NCBI GenBank assembly: GCA_963695095.1
Contig: CAVOFT010000001.1
Coordinates: 2,880,001-2,944,000 of the forward strand
Reading direction: 5' to 3'
Source: an uncultured bacterium
Lineage (GTDB): Bacteria; Krumholzibacteriota; Krumholzibacteriia; JACNKJ01
DNA length: 64,000 nt
Shown here: positions 22,662-33,171 of the stretch, in pieces
Position numbering within the stretch: position 1 is the stretch's first letter
Layout: the number at the start of each line of letters is the position of its first letter
The notes under the pieces: model-generated
The model's input: only the letters and a program-made list of their open reading frames with translations
The model's database searches: none
Told to the model about the DNA's origin: nothing
Made by a program: the position numbers and the translations under genes

Positions 22662-23786
22662 GTGCGCGAGCGCATTCGCATTCTCCATGTCATCACGCAG
22701 CTCGACACGGGCGGCGCCGAGCGGCAGCTGCTTGCGCTGTGCCGCTCGCTGCCTGCGGACCGCTTCGCCCAGCAAGTGGTCAGCCTGAGGGCCGGCGGCG
22801 GCCTGGCCGCGGAGTTCGCCGCCTCCGGCTGCCCGGTGACCGAGCTGGATCGGGCCGCCCAGGGCGGGCCCCTCGGCCAGCTCATCGCCCTGGCGGCGCT
22901 CCTGAGGCGTGAGCGTCCGGACATCCTGCAGACCTGGCTGCTCAAGGCCAACCATGTCGGCCGCCTGGCCGCCCTGCTGGCCGGCCAGCACCCGGTGGTG
23001 GCCAGCTTCCGCGACATGGGCTTCCAGGCGGGGCCGGGCGACACCCTGCTCGATCGCCTGCTGGCTGGCGGAAGCAGCCTGATCCTCCACAACTCGGCCA
23101 GCGGCCGCGCCGCCTGCCTGGCCCGCACCGGCGAGGCGGGGGGAAGCCGCCACCTGCTCTTGCCCAACGGCGTGGACACGGAGCGCTTCCGGCCCGATGC
23201 CCAGGCCCGCCGGCGCCTCCGCGAGGAGTTGGGCCTGGGAGCCGCCGATTCCGTGGTCGTCATGGTGGCCAGACTCCACCCGGTGAAGGACCCCGGGCTC
23301 TTCCTCGCCGTGGGCAGGGCCGTGCGGCAGAGTCTGCCCAGTTGCCGCTTCTGGCTGGTCGGCGCGGGTCCGCTAGCGGCCTCCTTGCAGGCCGAGCTGG
23401 CCGCCCGGCCCGATCCTGGCCTCTGGCTGGCCGGGGAGCGCCAGGACATCCCCGCCCTCCTGGCCGCTGCAGACCTGGCCCTGCTCACCAGCCGCAGCGA
23501 GGGGCTCTCCAACACCGTCCTGGAGGCGATGGCCGCCGGCCTGCCCGTCCTGGCCCCGGATGTCGGCGGCAACCGGGAACTGATCCGCGATGGCGAAACC
23601 GGTTTCCTGCTGAAAACCCGGGATCCCGTGGAAATTGCGGCACTTGTGGTACAGGTCTTGCGGAATAAGCCACTTGCCAGCAATCTGGGGGGGCAGGGGC
23701 GGCGGCGGGCAGAGGCGGAATTCTCCCTGAACCGGCTGGTCACGCACAGCCTCGGATACTACGAGCGTCTGATCGAGGATGGATAA
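22662..23786 (+). CDS. GT4 glycosyltransferase
   Basis: ILHVITQLDTGGAERQL, PNGVD, S.SEGLSNTVLEAMAAGLPV. Confidence 0.92.
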   Translation: MRERIRILHVITQLDTGGAERQLLALCRSLPADRFAQQVVSLRAGGGLAAEFAASGCPVTELDRAAQGGPLGQLIALAALLRRERPDILQTWLLKANHVGRLAALLAGQHPVVASFRDMGFQAGPGDTLLDRLLAGGSSLILHNSASGRAACLARTGEAGGSRHLLLPNGVDTERFRPDAQARRRLREELGLGAADSVVVMVARLHPVKDPGLFLAVGRAVRQSLPSCRFWLVGAGPLAASLQAELAARPDPGLWLAGERQDIPALLAAADLALLTSRSEGLSNTVLEAMAAGLPVLAPDVGGNRELIRDGETGFLLKTRDPVEIAALVVQVLRNKPLASNLGGQGRRRAEAEFSLNRLVTHSLGYYERLIEDG

Positions 23787-24642
23787 GCGTATGCCGAACA
23801 CTCAGGGGCCAGCGAGTCCGGACCTCATCGTCGCCTTCTTCCGCAATGACGATGTCAACGAACTCACTCCCGAGCTCGTCGCCGTCAGCGAGCTGCTCTT
23901 CGCCGAGGGCATTCCGATCATCCACGCCGTCGAGCCGGGCAATGTCACGGACGCCTGCGTGGACTGGCTGCTCGAGAAGAAGGCCCAGCACGGCCGCCTG
24001 CTCGAGATCATGCAGCACGGCTACAACCACACGAAGCACTACGGCGGGGAGTTCGGCGGCAAGCGGGCCTACCAGGAGCAGCACGACGACCTCCGCCGCG
24101 GCCGCGAGATCATGGACCGCCGCTTCGGCGACCACTGGTTCCCGGCGGTGAACTTTCCCTACGGGCCCTACAACCAGGCGACGATCCGCGCCGTCGACGA
24201 CCTGGGCTACACCATCTTCAACGGCCACTACAACCCGCGCCTGTCGCGCCGGCTCTTCTACGTGATCGGGCGGCTGCTGGGCAAGGGGCAGATCCTCAAC
24301 CGCCACATCAGCCATCACCTGGAGATCTACCCGGGCACGCATGTCTTCACGATCGACATGGCCATCAGCTACATCGATCGCTATCATGGCAACTACGGCA
24401 GCAACCAGTGCGACTGGCACGGGCTCGCCGACTTGATGCAGCGCTTCGAGGCCGCCAAGCGGCACATCCACGCCATCGGTTGGCTGCTCCACCACCGCTA
24501 CCACTCGACGCCGGCCAGCCTCAAGCTGGTGCAGGACACCATCACCGCCATGCGCCAGGGTAACCCCGGCATCGAGTTCTGGAACTTCGAGGAGATCCAC
24601 GCCGCCTACGCGCCGCAGGCGGCCCAGCACAAGGTCGGCTGA
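23779..24642 (+). CDS. Polysaccharide deacetylase-like protein (NodB/DUF2334-like)
   Basis: FRNDD, EIMQHGYNH, FPYG.YN, GWLLHH. Confidence 0.75.
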   Translation: MDKRMPNTQGPASPDLIVAFFRNDDVNELTPELVAVSELLFAEGIPIIHAVEPGNVTDACVDWLLEKKAQHGRLLEIMQHGYNHTKHYGGEFGGKRAYQEQHDDLRRGREIMDRRFGDHWFPAVNFPYGPYNQATIRAVDDLGYTIFNGHYNPRLSRRLFYVIGRLLGKGQILNRHISHHLEIYPGTHVFTIDMAISYIDRYHGNYGSNQCDWHGLADLMQRFEAAKRHIHAIGWLLHHRYHSTPASLKLVQDTITAMRQGNPGIEFWNFEEIHAAYAPQAAQHKVG

Positions 24643-24689
24643 AGCCCGCGCCGTCGCCAACGCGGACCGGAAGCCGCCGCGAGGCCGCC

Positions 24690-25907
24690 GTGCCCCCCAC
24701 CGCATCTAGCGCCCAGTTCGACATCCTCTGCTTCGGCGAGGACTGGTACAAGTCCAGCTATACCAGCACGCGGCAGATCGCCCTGCGCCTGGCCATCGGC
24801 CGCCGCCTGCTCTGGGTCAACCCGCTGCCCATGCGCGCGCCCTCCCTGGCCGGAGCCGACGAGCGCCGCGCCTTCCTGCGCAAGGTGGGCCACAAGCTGA
24901 AGACCCACCTGCGCCTCCTCTCCCGGCCGCAGCCGGGCGTCTGGGTGCTGAGTCCCCTCTACCTGCCGCTCTTCTTCAGCGCCCGCGGCGATCGCGCGAA
25001 CGCCGCCCTGCTCACCGCCCAGGTGTGGCTGGCCCTGCGCCTGCTCGGCCTCCGGCGGCCCCTGATCTGGTCCTCCTCGACCTATCACGCCCTCTTCGTG
25101 GCGCGGCGCCTGGCCCACCACCGCTTCTTCTATCGCTTCGCGGACAAGAACAGCGCCTTCACGGACCTGCCGCCCGAGCGGGCGGAGCGGGCGCGGGCCC
25201 TCTTCGAGAGCTACGACCTGGCCATCTGCGCCGAGGCCGACCGGGTCTACTGCGCCTCGCGGGCCGTCTACGAGGATCTGCGGGCGCGCAGCGGCGAGGC
25301 GGCCAAGCTCGTCTACCAGCCGCACGGGGTGGACTTCGCCCACTTCCACGCCGCCGCGGAGGGCAAGCTGCCGCTGCCCGCCGCGCTCGCGCGCCTGCCG
25401 CACCCCGTGGTCGGCTACTTCGGCAGCCTCACCAACCACAACAACAAGCGCATCCTGCGCCTCATCGCCGAGCGGCATCCGGACTGGAGCCTCGTGCTCA
25501 TCGGCCGGGTAGTGGGCGACTACGGCGAACTCGCCGGGCTCGCGAACGTCCACCTCACGGGCGCCGTGCCCTACGCCGAGCTGCCGGCCTGGGCGCAGGT
25601 CTTCGACATCGGCATCATGAACTGGAACGAGACCGAGTGGATCGCGAGCAGCTTTCCGGTCAAGGCCCTGGAGTACCTGGCCCTCGGCCTGCCGGTGGTT
25701 TCGGTGCGCATTCGCGAGCTGGCCGAGCAGTTCGGGGATCTCCTGCGCATCGCCGAGGGCGAGGAGGACTTCGTCCGTCTCGTCGAGGAGGAGCTGGCCG
25801 CGGACGCGCCCGCCAAGCGGGCGGCGCGCGTCGAGCGCGTGCGCGGTCGCGACTGGTCGCGGCTCGCGGCGGCCATTCTCGCCGACGCCGGCGCGGGGGC
25901 ACCGTGA
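24690..25907 (+). CDS. GT4 glycosyltransferase (TuaH-like)
   Basis: HGVDFAHF, PVVGYFGSL, G.VPYAELP, P.K.LEYLA.GLPVVS. Confidence 0.88.
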   Translation: MPPTASSAQFDILCFGEDWYKSSYTSTRQIALRLAIGRRLLWVNPLPMRAPSLAGADERRAFLRKVGHKLKTHLRLLSRPQPGVWVLSPLYLPLFFSARGDRANAALLTAQVWLALRLLGLRRPLIWSSSTYHALFVARRLAHHRFFYRFADKNSAFTDLPPERAERARALFESYDLAICAEADRVYCASRAVYEDLRARSGEAAKLVYQPHGVDFAHFHAAAEGKLPLPAALARLPHPVVGYFGSLTNHNNKRILRLIAERHPDWSLVLIGRVVGDYGELAGLANVHLTGAVPYAELPAWAQVFDIGIMNWNETEWIASSFPVKALEYLALGLPVVSVRIRELAEQFGDLLRIAEGEEDFVRLVEEELAADAPAKRAARVERVRGRDWSRLAAAILADAGAGAP

Positions 25908-27136
25908 ACATGAGCATTGGCCATTCGGCGGCGGGCGCGCCGCGCCTGCTCTACGTCCTCGACCGCTTCCCCACGGACACGGTCACCTTCATCACCAACG
26001 AGATGCGCGCCTTCGCCGCCGCGGGCATCGACTTCGAGATCGTCTCGCTGCTCGGGGCCGGCCCCTGCCCGGCCGCGGCGCGCGAGTTCCTGCCGCGCGT
26101 GCGCACGCTGCGCCCGATTCCGCCGGGGCTCGCCCTGCGCGCCTGGCTCCACTATGCCACCCGCCGGCCGCGCGCGCTGGCCGGTCTTCTCGGCACGGCC
26201 TTCGAGGACGCCGGCCCGGCCAAGGCCCTGCGCAACCTGGCCCAGCTCGCCGTGGGCGTCGTCTTCGCCTACACGGTGCGAGACAGGCCCGGCCACATCC
26301 ACGCCCACTTCGCCTTCAAGGCGGCGACGGCCGGCCTCTGCGCGAAGCGCCTGAACGGCAATGGCTTCAGCTTCACGGCCCACGGCAGCGCCACCGTGCA
26401 GCCGGCCCGGCGCCACAGCCTGCGCAGCAAGATTCGCGGCGCCGACTTCGTGGTGGCGGTTTCCGAGTACAACCGCGGCGTGCTGCGCGCCCTCTGCGCC
26501 GAGCTTCCCCCCGAGCACATCCTGCTCAGCCGCACCGGCATCCGCCTGGCCGACTTCCCCTACCAGCCGCGCCCGCCGCGCCGCGAGGGGCCCGCGCGGA
26601 TTCTCTGCGTGGCCTCGCTCTACGCGGTCAAGAACCACGAGGGCCTGCTGGCCGCCTGCGCGCTGCTCGCCGGGCGGGGCGTCGACTTCCGGCTCGAGCT
26701 CATCGGCAAGGACGAGGGGCGCGGCCGGGAGCTGGCCGCCCTCGCCGCGCGGCTCGGCATCGCCGAGGCGGTCGTCTGGCACGGCGGCGTCGATCACGGC
26801 GAGATCGCGCGCCACCTCGCCGCCGCGGACCTCTTCGTGCTCGCCAGCCACAGCGAGGGCGTGCCCGTGTCGATGATGGAGGCGATGGCGGCGGGAGTGC
26901 CCGTGGTCGGCCCGCGCGTGACGGGCCTGCCCGAGCTGGTGAGCGAGGGCGAGAGCGGCCTGCTCGCCGATCCCGCGCGGCCGGAGGAATTCGCGGCGGC
27001 GATGGCTCGCCTGCTCGGCGATCCCGCGGCGGCCGCGGCCATGGCGGCCCGGGCGCGCGCGCGCATCGAGGAGGCCTATGACATCGAGGCCAATGCCCGC
27101 GATCTTGCCCTCCACCTGCGCTCTCAGCTCGCCTGA
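25904..27136 (+). CDS. GT4 glycosyltransferase (WcaL-like)
   Basis: FP..TFI.NE, HIHAHF, SFTAHG, EGVPVSMMEAMAAGVPVV; GTGA overlap. Confidence 0.9.
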   Translation: MNMSIGHSAAGAPRLLYVLDRFPTDTVTFITNEMRAFAAAGIDFEIVSLLGAGPCPAAAREFLPRVRTLRPIPPGLALRAWLHYATRRPRALAGLLGTAFEDAGPAKALRNLAQLAVGVVFAYTVRDRPGHIHAHFAFKAATAGLCAKRLNGNGFSFTAHGSATVQPARRHSLRSKIRGADFVVAVSEYNRGVLRALCAELPPEHILLSRTGIRLADFPYQPRPPRREGPARILCVASLYAVKNHEGLLAACALLAGRGVDFRLELIGKDEGRGRELAALAARLGIAEAVVWHGGVDHGEIARHLAAADLFVLASHSEGVPVSMMEAMAAGVPVVGPRVTGLPELVSEGESGLLADPARPEEFAAAMARLLGDPAAAAAMAARARARIEEAYDIEANARDLALHLRSQLA

Positions 27137-27160
27137 GGCCGGAACTCCGCGTAACGCCAA

Positions 27161-27182
27161 GGGGGAGCCGCTCGGCTCCCCC
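27161..27182. terminator. Hairpin terminator (GGGGGAGCC-N4-GGCTCCCCC family)
   Basis: gggggagccgctcggctccccc between convergent genes; same stem at 41063 and 43841. Confidence 0.75.
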
Positions 27183-27200
27183 TGTCTGTTAAGCTAGCGA

Positions 27201-27249
27201 GCCGGCTTCCGGGTCGCGCGCGCTGTTTCGCGAGCGAGAGGCAGCCGGC
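27201..27249 (-). repeat. Conserved 3'-UTR hairpin, copy 1 (copy 2 at 43894-43940)
   Basis: gccggcttcc-gg-gtcgcgcgcg-ctgttt-cgcgagcgag-a-ggcagccggc. Confidence 0.7.
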
Positions 27250-27255
27250 GAGCGT

Positions 27256-29599
27256 CTACTTGAGGAGCAGCAGCTTCCCGCTGACGCCGCCGCTCGCTCC
27301 GTTCACCCGCACCAGGTAGAGGCCGCTGCCCAGCGCGACGCCGCGCTCGTCGCGGCCGTCCCAGCGCACCTCCTGCCGGCCCGCGGGCTGCCACTCGTCC
27401 GCCAGCGTGCGCAGGCGACGGCCCTGGGCATCGAAGATCGCCACCTGCCAGCGGCCCGCCGCGGGCAGCTCGTAGCTGATCAGCGTGCTCGGATTGAAGG
27501 GATTGGGCTGATTGCCCAGGATGCGCAGGGCGAAGGATGGCCGCCGCCGGCTCCTCCACCGCGGTCAGATCGTCGATCACGTGCAGCGAGTCGCCGCTGC
27601 TGGTCGCATAGCCCAGCTCGGTGTTGTTGGCGTCGCGCACCCTCTCCTGGATGAAGACCAGGGGCGTGGAGCCCGCGGCCAGGCCGCTGAATTCGAGCAG
27701 CGCCACCTCGCCGCCCCCTTCCCGAGCGCCGTCGAGAAAGGCCAGCGAGAAGTGCGCCGTGCTGCTGCCGCTCTCCGTGTAGTCGTGGAAGTAGCTCTGC
27801 AATCCGGAGCTGGTGACCCAGCTCCCCGCATGGATGGCAGTCAGCTCCGCCACGCTCTCGTCGAAGTCCACGACAACGTCGACGCCCTTCACGGGCACCT
27901 GACTGGGGTCGATCATCACGCGCAGCGTGCAGGCTTCGGCGACGTTGGTGGTGCAGCTGACGGGATCGATGCTGAGGCGGCCCTTGAGGGCGTTGAGGCG
28001 ACCCGTCGCGGCCTGCCAGATGCGCCGGCTCGTCTGCTCCTGGAGGAATACCGTGGCGTTGAGCGCGAGCCGGCTGCCAGAAGCTCGCGAACGCGATGGG
28101 CACGCTGAAGCTCTGCACACCGACCGCGGGATCCACGGGAATGCCGCCAGGTCGAGCGGGAAGACGCGCCGCAGGGCCTGGCTGGTGCCAGTTGTGTCCG
28201 TTGCCGCCGACGAGTAGATGCTGTCTTCGGTGACGGCCGACTGCAGGCGATAGTCACCGGCCGGGTCCAGCGGCTCGGTCCAGGTCCAGACTGACCACGA
28301 GCGTGGAGTCGGCCGCACGCCAGTGCAAGGCTGATGCTGCCGGGGCTGAGCACGTTCTTGCGCGCCGTCATGCCGCTGTGATAGGTGCTCTCCACCTCAG
28401 CCCAGATCCACGACGCCGTCGATCCAGAAGTGCGGCGTGAAGTCGCGCCCCGTAGCCCAGAGATCAGCTGCTGGTTCTGGACGGAGTTCTGCAGCCACAT
28501 GATGTCGGCGCCGCTGGGCCACCAGGTGTGGCAGCGGATCAGACGCCACCGAGCTGCCCTGGCCGGGCAGCCAGGCGTCGAAGGCAAACTCGGGTGCGGC
28601 GCAGTAGCCGCAGCCTGCGTTCGTGTGGAACCACCCGAGGGGCACATGCGGCAGCGTGTAGCTATCGCAGGAGGCTTCCCGGCTGTTGTCGCCCGGCGCC
28701 TCGTCGGCAGGCAGTAGCGCTTCAGCGTGCAGATGGTAGTAGTGGCCCGCGGCGGCCAGGAAGTCCGGGAAGTCGAGCGTCGCCTGCTCGGCCGGCTCCA
28801 GATGATGACTCAGGATCTCGCTGTAGACCAGCGTCCCCGATTCCTCGATGCGGAGCTCGACATCGAAATCCTCGGCCAGCGCACCCTTGTTCGTCACCAG
28901 CACGGACGGGGCGATCGTGCCGCCGGCCGCAAACTGCTCGCCGTCCGGGGTGAGCGCCAGCAGGGCCAGGTCATGGTCGAAGGGCTCGTAGACGCGCACA
29001 TCGTCGATGTACCAGTCGTCGGCGTAGTCGCCGTAGTAGCGGAAGGCGAGGTAGACCACCGGCTCGCCCGCATAGGCCTGCAAGGCCAGGGTGACGGGGT
29101 CCGCGGTGAAGTCACCGATCTCGTGGTTGGCCGGCGTCCAGTCGACGAGCATGGTGAAGGCGGCCGGATCGGTCTGGCTCGTCGTGCTCGCCGCGATGTA
29201 GTGGTGCTCGCCGAAGCCCGGCCAGTAGTCCTGCTTCTCGTAGAATTCCAGGTAGGCGGACTGCAGCGCGGAGAAGTCCAGCGCCGGCGTCACCAGGTAC
29301 TCGTCCTGGAGCAGGCCCGGCGAACCGTAGTGCACGCGCGCCGAATAGGCGCCGCTGTGCTTGAAGGTGCCGTTTCGCTCCCAGGTGAAGGTGCTGCCCA
29401 GGTGGATCACCGCCCAGCCCGCGGGCGGGAAGCTCCCCTCGAAGCCCTCGTTCAGGATGTCATTGCGCACGGGCTGGTAAGGCGGCGCGGCTTGGGGATC
29501 GGGACAGGGGGAGAACGCTTCGTGAGTCGAGGCCTGCCCGGCTCCCGCGAGGAGAGCCAAGGCCATGGCCAGAGCGCGAAGGGCAGCGCCATTACGCAT
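27256..29599 (-). CDS. Secreted multidomain protein: cleaved-adhesin-like, Ig-like, Omp28/thioredoxin-like (CGYC), cohesin-like, FlgD CTD (multiple frameshifts)
   Basis: EGFEGSFPPAGW...DEYLVTP...DDWYIDDV; TNAGCGYC..HTWWPS; FTPHF.IDG; VKGVDVVVDFD; NxPNPFNP...SGLYLVR...KLLLLK, reconstructed across frames. Confidence 0.75.
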
Positions 29600-29757
29600 G
29601 CTCGAGCCTCCCGCGGCAGGACCGCTGGTTCCGGTTGGAGGATGATTATAGCAGATCGCAACCATTCAGTGGAAATTCCTCTTGAGTGCGGCCAAGGGAT
29701 TGTTCAATCGTCATTTTTCTGAGACATCGCCCTCCCGGTTGACGGCTGTCGGACCGC

Positions 29758-31899
29758 CTAGAGGGACAGCCGGCTCCCGATCTGGAAGATCGCCAGCGAG
29801 AGCAGGTAGGCGAGGCCCGTCAGACCCAGCCACTGCGCCGCGGCCAGGCTCCAGCGTCCGGACTCCCGCCGCGTGATGGCGAAGGTGGCCATGCAGGGCG
29901 TGGCCAGCAGCGCGAAGACCAGGATCGAGAGCCCCTGCAGGGGGCTGTAGTGGCCGGCGAGCGCCGCGCGCAGGCCGCTGGAGTTCTGCGCTGGGTCCCC
30001 CATCGCGAAGATGATGCCGAGCTGGGCGACGAAGACCTCCTTGGCCGCGAAGGCGCCGAGGAAGGCCGTGTTGATGCGCCAGTCGAAGCCCAGCGGCGCC
30101 ATCGCCGGCTGCAGGGCCTGGCCGATGCGCCCGGCCAGCGAAAACTCCAGGGCCTCGGCGGCCCGCGCCGCGGAGAGCGCCGCGGGGTCCGCACCCGGGC
30201 CGAGCAGCGCATCGGCACGGTAGCTCTCCGGCTGCGGGAAGCTCATCAGGATCCACAGCAGCACCGAGATGCCCAGGATCAAGGTGCCCGCCTTGCGCAG
30301 GTACATGGAGGCGCGCTGCCAGACGTGGATGCTGATGCTGCGGCCCGTCGGCCGCCGGTAGGGCGGCAGCTCCATGACGAAGGGCGTGGCCAGGCCGGCC
30401 AGCACGCTGCGGCTCAAGATGCGCGCCACGATCAGCCCCAGGCCGATGCCGAGCAGGTAGAGGCCGAAGAGCACGGGCGTGTGCCAGGCCCGCGGGAAGA
30501 AGGCCGGGATCATCAGCAGGTAGATCGGCAGGCGAGCGCCGCACGAAATGAAGGGCAGGATCAGCATCGTCACCAGGCGGTCGCGGCGGCTCGGCAGGGT
30601 GCGCGTGGCCATGATCGCCGGTATCGTGCAGCCGAAGCCGATCAGCATGGGGATGAAGCTCTTGCCGTGCAGGCCGAAGCGGTGCATCACCCGGTCCATG
30701 ATGAAGGCCGCCCGCGCCATGTAGCCCGTGTCCTCGAGCAGGCTGATGCCCAGGAAGAGCAGCACGATGTTGGGCAGGAAGACGAGCACGCCACCCACGC
30801 CGCCGAGAATGCCGTCGACGACGAGGCTCTCGAGCCAGACGAAGCGGCCGGCCGGCCAGAGGGCCGCCGCCCGGCCGCCCAGCCAGCCGAAGAGGGCGTC
30901 GATGCCGTCCATCAGCGGCGCGCCGAGGCTGAAGGTGAGCCAGAACAGGCCGTACATGAACGCCAAGAACAATGGGAGGCCAAGCACGCGATGCGTGAGC
31001 ACGGCGTCGATGCGCTCGCTTTCGGTGACGCGATCCACGCGCGCGGGCCGGCGCGTGACCTCCCGCGCCAGGCCGGCGGCGAAGCCGTAGCGGCGATCGG
31101 CGATGAGCACGGCCACGGGGTCGCCCAGGCGGCGCGCCAGGCGCTCGTTGACGGCGGCCAGGTGCTCGCGCAGGGCGGTGAGATCGGCCACCTGCGCCTC
31201 GACGGCCGCCAGCACTTCCATGTCGCCCTCGAGCAGCTTGACGGCGGCGTAGCGGCGCGGGAGGCGCAGCTCGCCGAGCGGGGCGAGGCGCGCTTCGAGC
31301 GCGGCGATCTCTGGCTCGAGGTCACTGCCGTAGTCCACGCGCGGCAGCTCGGCGCGGCGGCTCGCCGCCAGGCGCAGGCGCTGGCGCAGCTCGTCGATGC
31401 CGGCGCCCTTGTGGCCCACGGTCTCGGCGACCATGGCCCCGGTCAGCTCGCCCAGCCGCTCGACGTCGAGCAGCTGGCCCTGGCCGCGGGCGATGTCGGC
31501 CATGTTGAGCACGAGCACGAGATTGACCTCCAGCTCCATGAGCTGGACGGCCAGGTGCAGGTTGCGCTCGAGGTTGGAGCTGTCCAGCACGTCGACCACG
31601 ACGTCCGGCCGCTCGTCGATGAGGAAGCGGCGGGCCACGCGCTCCTCGTCGCTGTGGGCGTGGAGGCTGTAGGTGCCCGGCAGGTCGACGATCTGCATCG
31701 GCCCGCCCACGCCGCGCAGGCGCCCCCACTTCTTCTCGACGGTTACTCCAGGATAGTTGCCGACGTGCTGGTGTCCGCCGGTGAGGCGATTGAAGAGGCT
31801 GGTCTTGCCCGAGTTGGGATTGCCGGCCAGGGCCACGGTGATCTCGCGGCCGCGCAGCAGCTCGCCGGGAAAGGCCGCCGTGCTACCCGACGTGCGCAT
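29758..31899 (-). CDS. feoB: Ferrous iron transport protein B
   Basis: GNPNSGKT, GNYPGVTVE, DLPGTYSL, NMAD, GFGC, CGARLP, FVMELPPY, AAKEV, TPCMAT. Confidence 0.97.
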   Translation of the reverse strand: MRTSGSTAAFPGELLRGREITVALAGNPNSGKTSLFNRLTGGHQHVGNYPGVTVEKKWGRLRGVGGPMQIVDLPGTYSLHAHSDEERVARRFLIDERPDVVVDVLDSSNLERNLHLAVQLMELEVNLVLVLNMADIARGQGQLLDVERLGELTGAMVAETVGHKGAGIDELRQRLRLAASRRAELPRVDYGSDLEPEIAALEARLAPLGELRLPRRYAAVKLLEGDMEVLAAVEAQVADLTALREHLAAVNERLARRLGDPVAVLIADRRYGFAAGLAREVTRRPARVDRVTESERIDAVLTHRVLGLPLFLAFMYGLFWLTFSLGAPLMDGIDALFGWLGGRAAALWPAGRFVWLESLVVDGILGGVGGVLVFLPNIVLLFLGISLLEDTGYMARAAFIMDRVMHRFGLHGKSFIPMLIGFGCTIPAIMATRTLPSRRDRLVTMLILPFISCGARLPIYLLMIPAFFPRAWHTPVLFGLYLLGIGLGLIVARILSRSVLAGLATPFVMELPPYRRPTGRSISIHVWQRASMYLRKAGTLILGISVLLWILMSFPQPESYRADALLGPGADPAALSAARAAEALEFSLAGRIGQALQPAMAPLGFDWRINTAFLGAFAAKEVFVAQLGIIFAMGDPAQNSSGLRAALAGHYSPLQGLSILVFALLATPCMATFAITRRESGRWSLAAAQWLGLTGLAYLLSLAIFQIGSRLSL

Positions 31900-32674
31900 C
31901 TAGAGCCGCTCCACGCCGATGGTGGCCGCCTCGGCCTTGCGCAGCGACAGGTGGCAGCCCTTGATCTTGATGTCGATGGGATCGCCCAGCGGCGCCACGC
32001 CCTGCATGCCCACCTCGACGCCGGGCAGCAGGCCCAGGTCCAGCAGGCGCTGGCGGATCTCCGTGGCCGCGCGCACGCTGACCACGCGGGCGCGCTGGCC
32101 CGGGCGCGAGACGGTCCAGCGTGGTCAGCTCGCGCCCGCGCGCGAAGAGGCCCACGACCTCGGGCCCGAAGGCCTCGGTGCAGGCCCGGGTGCGGCAGGC
32201 CATCAGGGCGCCCGCTTCGCCGTCCTGCTCGCGGCGGCTGGCCGCGTAGCAGTCGTGGAAGCGCTCGACGAGATCCCCGCCTGCCCGCGGGCAGCCGCCG
32301 AGGAACTCGACGAAGCCGGCCAGGCGGTCCAGGGTCTCGATGCTGATGATGTGTTCGATTGAGCAGGCTTCGCGACTGGCGGTGTCCAGGGGCACGCCGA
32401 GGATTTCGTTGAGGAAGCGCGTGATGAACTCGTGGCGCTGCAGCACGCGATTGGCCAGCTCGCGGCCGGAGGGCGTGAGCACGGCCGTCTCGCGGGCGCG
32501 ATAGTCGATGAGGCCCTCGGCGGCCAGGCGCTTGAGCGCCCCGGTCACGGAGGCCATGCGCACGTCCTTGCGCTGGGCGATCTCCTTGGCCCGCGCCTCG
32601 CCCTTCTCCTGCTCGAGCTGCAGGATGATCTCCAGGTAGTCTTCGAGGCTCTCGCCGAGTTCGCCGACGTGCAT
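31900..32674 (-). CDS. DtxR/MntR-family metal regulator fused to FeoA (one frameshift near 32100)
   Basis: SLEDYLE, SVTGALKRL, RHE, EACSIEH; removing one base joins TTLDRLAPGQRARVV...RLLDLGL.PG...APLGDPI...LSLRKAEA. Confidence 0.85.
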
Positions 32675-32706
32675 GCCGCCGCCTTTCGGGTCGCAGAAAT
32701 CTGAAG

Positions 32707-32720
32707 TTAGTCCAGGCTAA
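32707..32720. promoter_or_regulatory. Candidate DtxR/MntR-family operator TTAGTCCAGGCTAA
   Basis: TTAG-N6-CTAA palindrome about 33 bp upstream of the regulator start, in the divergent intergenic region. Confidence 0.6.
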
Positions 32721-32817
32721 GTCCAGAGACAAGATGAATTCGGTGACGGCGACAGGAATCCGGACCGCGTGCCCCGACGCCTTGCGCGCCCGCGGCCCCA
32801 ACCCTTACCCTCCGGCC

Positions 32818-33108
32818 ATGGTCCACCGCTGGCGCGCCCGCCTGCTCATCCTGCTGCTCGGCTTCTGGCTGCTCGGTCAGGGCGCGCACGACCTGCTGGT
32901 CCATGCGGGCGAGTGGAGCCATGACCCCAACGGCGACCACCGCTTCTGCTCACTCTTCCAGGGGCTGGAGCAGGTCGAGTGGGCCGGCATCCACCTGCCG
33001 ACGCCGGAGGGACGCTGCCCCGAGCAGCCGCTGCCCGCTCCTGTCCCTGCCGGCCCCAGCTCCCGCCCCCTGGGTATCGCGAGCCGCGCCCCGCCCCTCC
33101 CCGTCTGA
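32818..33108 (+). CDS. DUF2946-like leader protein with C-terminal RAPP motif
   Basis: N-terminal hydrophobic segment, His-rich H..C patch, Pro-rich linker, ends ASRAPPLPV. Confidence 0.75.
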   Translation: MVHRWRARLLILLLGFWLLGQGAHDLLVHAGEWSHDPNGDHRFCSLFQGLEQVEWAGIHLPTPEGRCPEQPLPAPVPAGPSSRPLGIASRAPPLPV

Positions 33109-33171
33109 GCGCGCAGTCCACCAGCACTCGCAGGGCTCGGAAGGCCGGCCAGGCCGGCCGGGAGGATTCTC

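Noticed and set aside
27201..27249. SECIS element or selenoprotein in the Omp28-like gene
   Set aside because: The CxxC uses TGC codons, and the C25 gene carrying the second hairpin has no in-frame TGA
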